Positions 34,045 through 34,348 of a stretch of DNA of 34,348 nt are shown here, one piece after another. The position numbers and the translations under genes are program-made. The notes under the pieces were generated by a model. The model ran no database searches. It saw only the letters and a program-made list of their open reading frames with translations, and was not told the DNA's origin. Source of the DNA: Octopus sinensis (Eukaryota). Location: the NCBI RefSeq assembly GCF_006345805.1, contig NW_021832050.1, forward strand, positions 1 to 34,348, in the 5' to 3' direction. The stretch's first letter is position 1. Each line of letters begins with the position of its first letter.

Positions 34045-34348
34045 ATATTAGATATATATATAATATATATATATATATATAACTTTAACAATTAAGGATA
34101 ATCTCTTAATAAGGGATCTTAACAGAAATTATCGGGTAGCTAGCGTGAAACCTCATAAAAGAAAAGAATTCGAAAATAATTTTTTTCTTTTGAACAAATT
34201 AATTATATCTATATTGTATAGAGGGCATTATTACAATAAATGCATCACACTAGGAGGGACAAAGTCATTACTACCAAATTAACTAATCATACCCAAATGC
34301 AGTTTTCAAAGCAAGACATTTAAAAAAATGAATTTAGTTCTGTATCAC

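Overview
AT-rich, microsatellite-dense eukaryotic DNA. Its two dominant tRNA-derived SINE families match, from recall rather than a database search, those of octopus genomes. I see no intact protein-coding gene, and most ORF-track entries are translated microsatellites or SINEs. The window is a mosaic of SINEs, simple repeats and decayed transposons: a Tx1/L1-type endonuclease, Penelope-like elements (GIY-YIG ORF with inverted terminal repeat), hAT, Tc1, a mariner MITE, a Helitron-type non-autonomous element, an internally deleted Gypsy and an RTE fragment. It also holds a ~790-bp tandem duplication and a dispersed 174-bp duplication. The most interesting signal is a set of type-I hammerhead-ribozyme folds. 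Three of them lie in short elements embedded in (TA)n tracts and have non-canonical cores: two CCGACGA (U4C) ribozymes 156 nt apart on the same strand, and one with a swapped G3:C8 pair (GUGAACA). A fourth, minimal, canonical core lies at 26553. Repeat boundaries are estimated by eye (about +/-10 nt) unless stated to the base.
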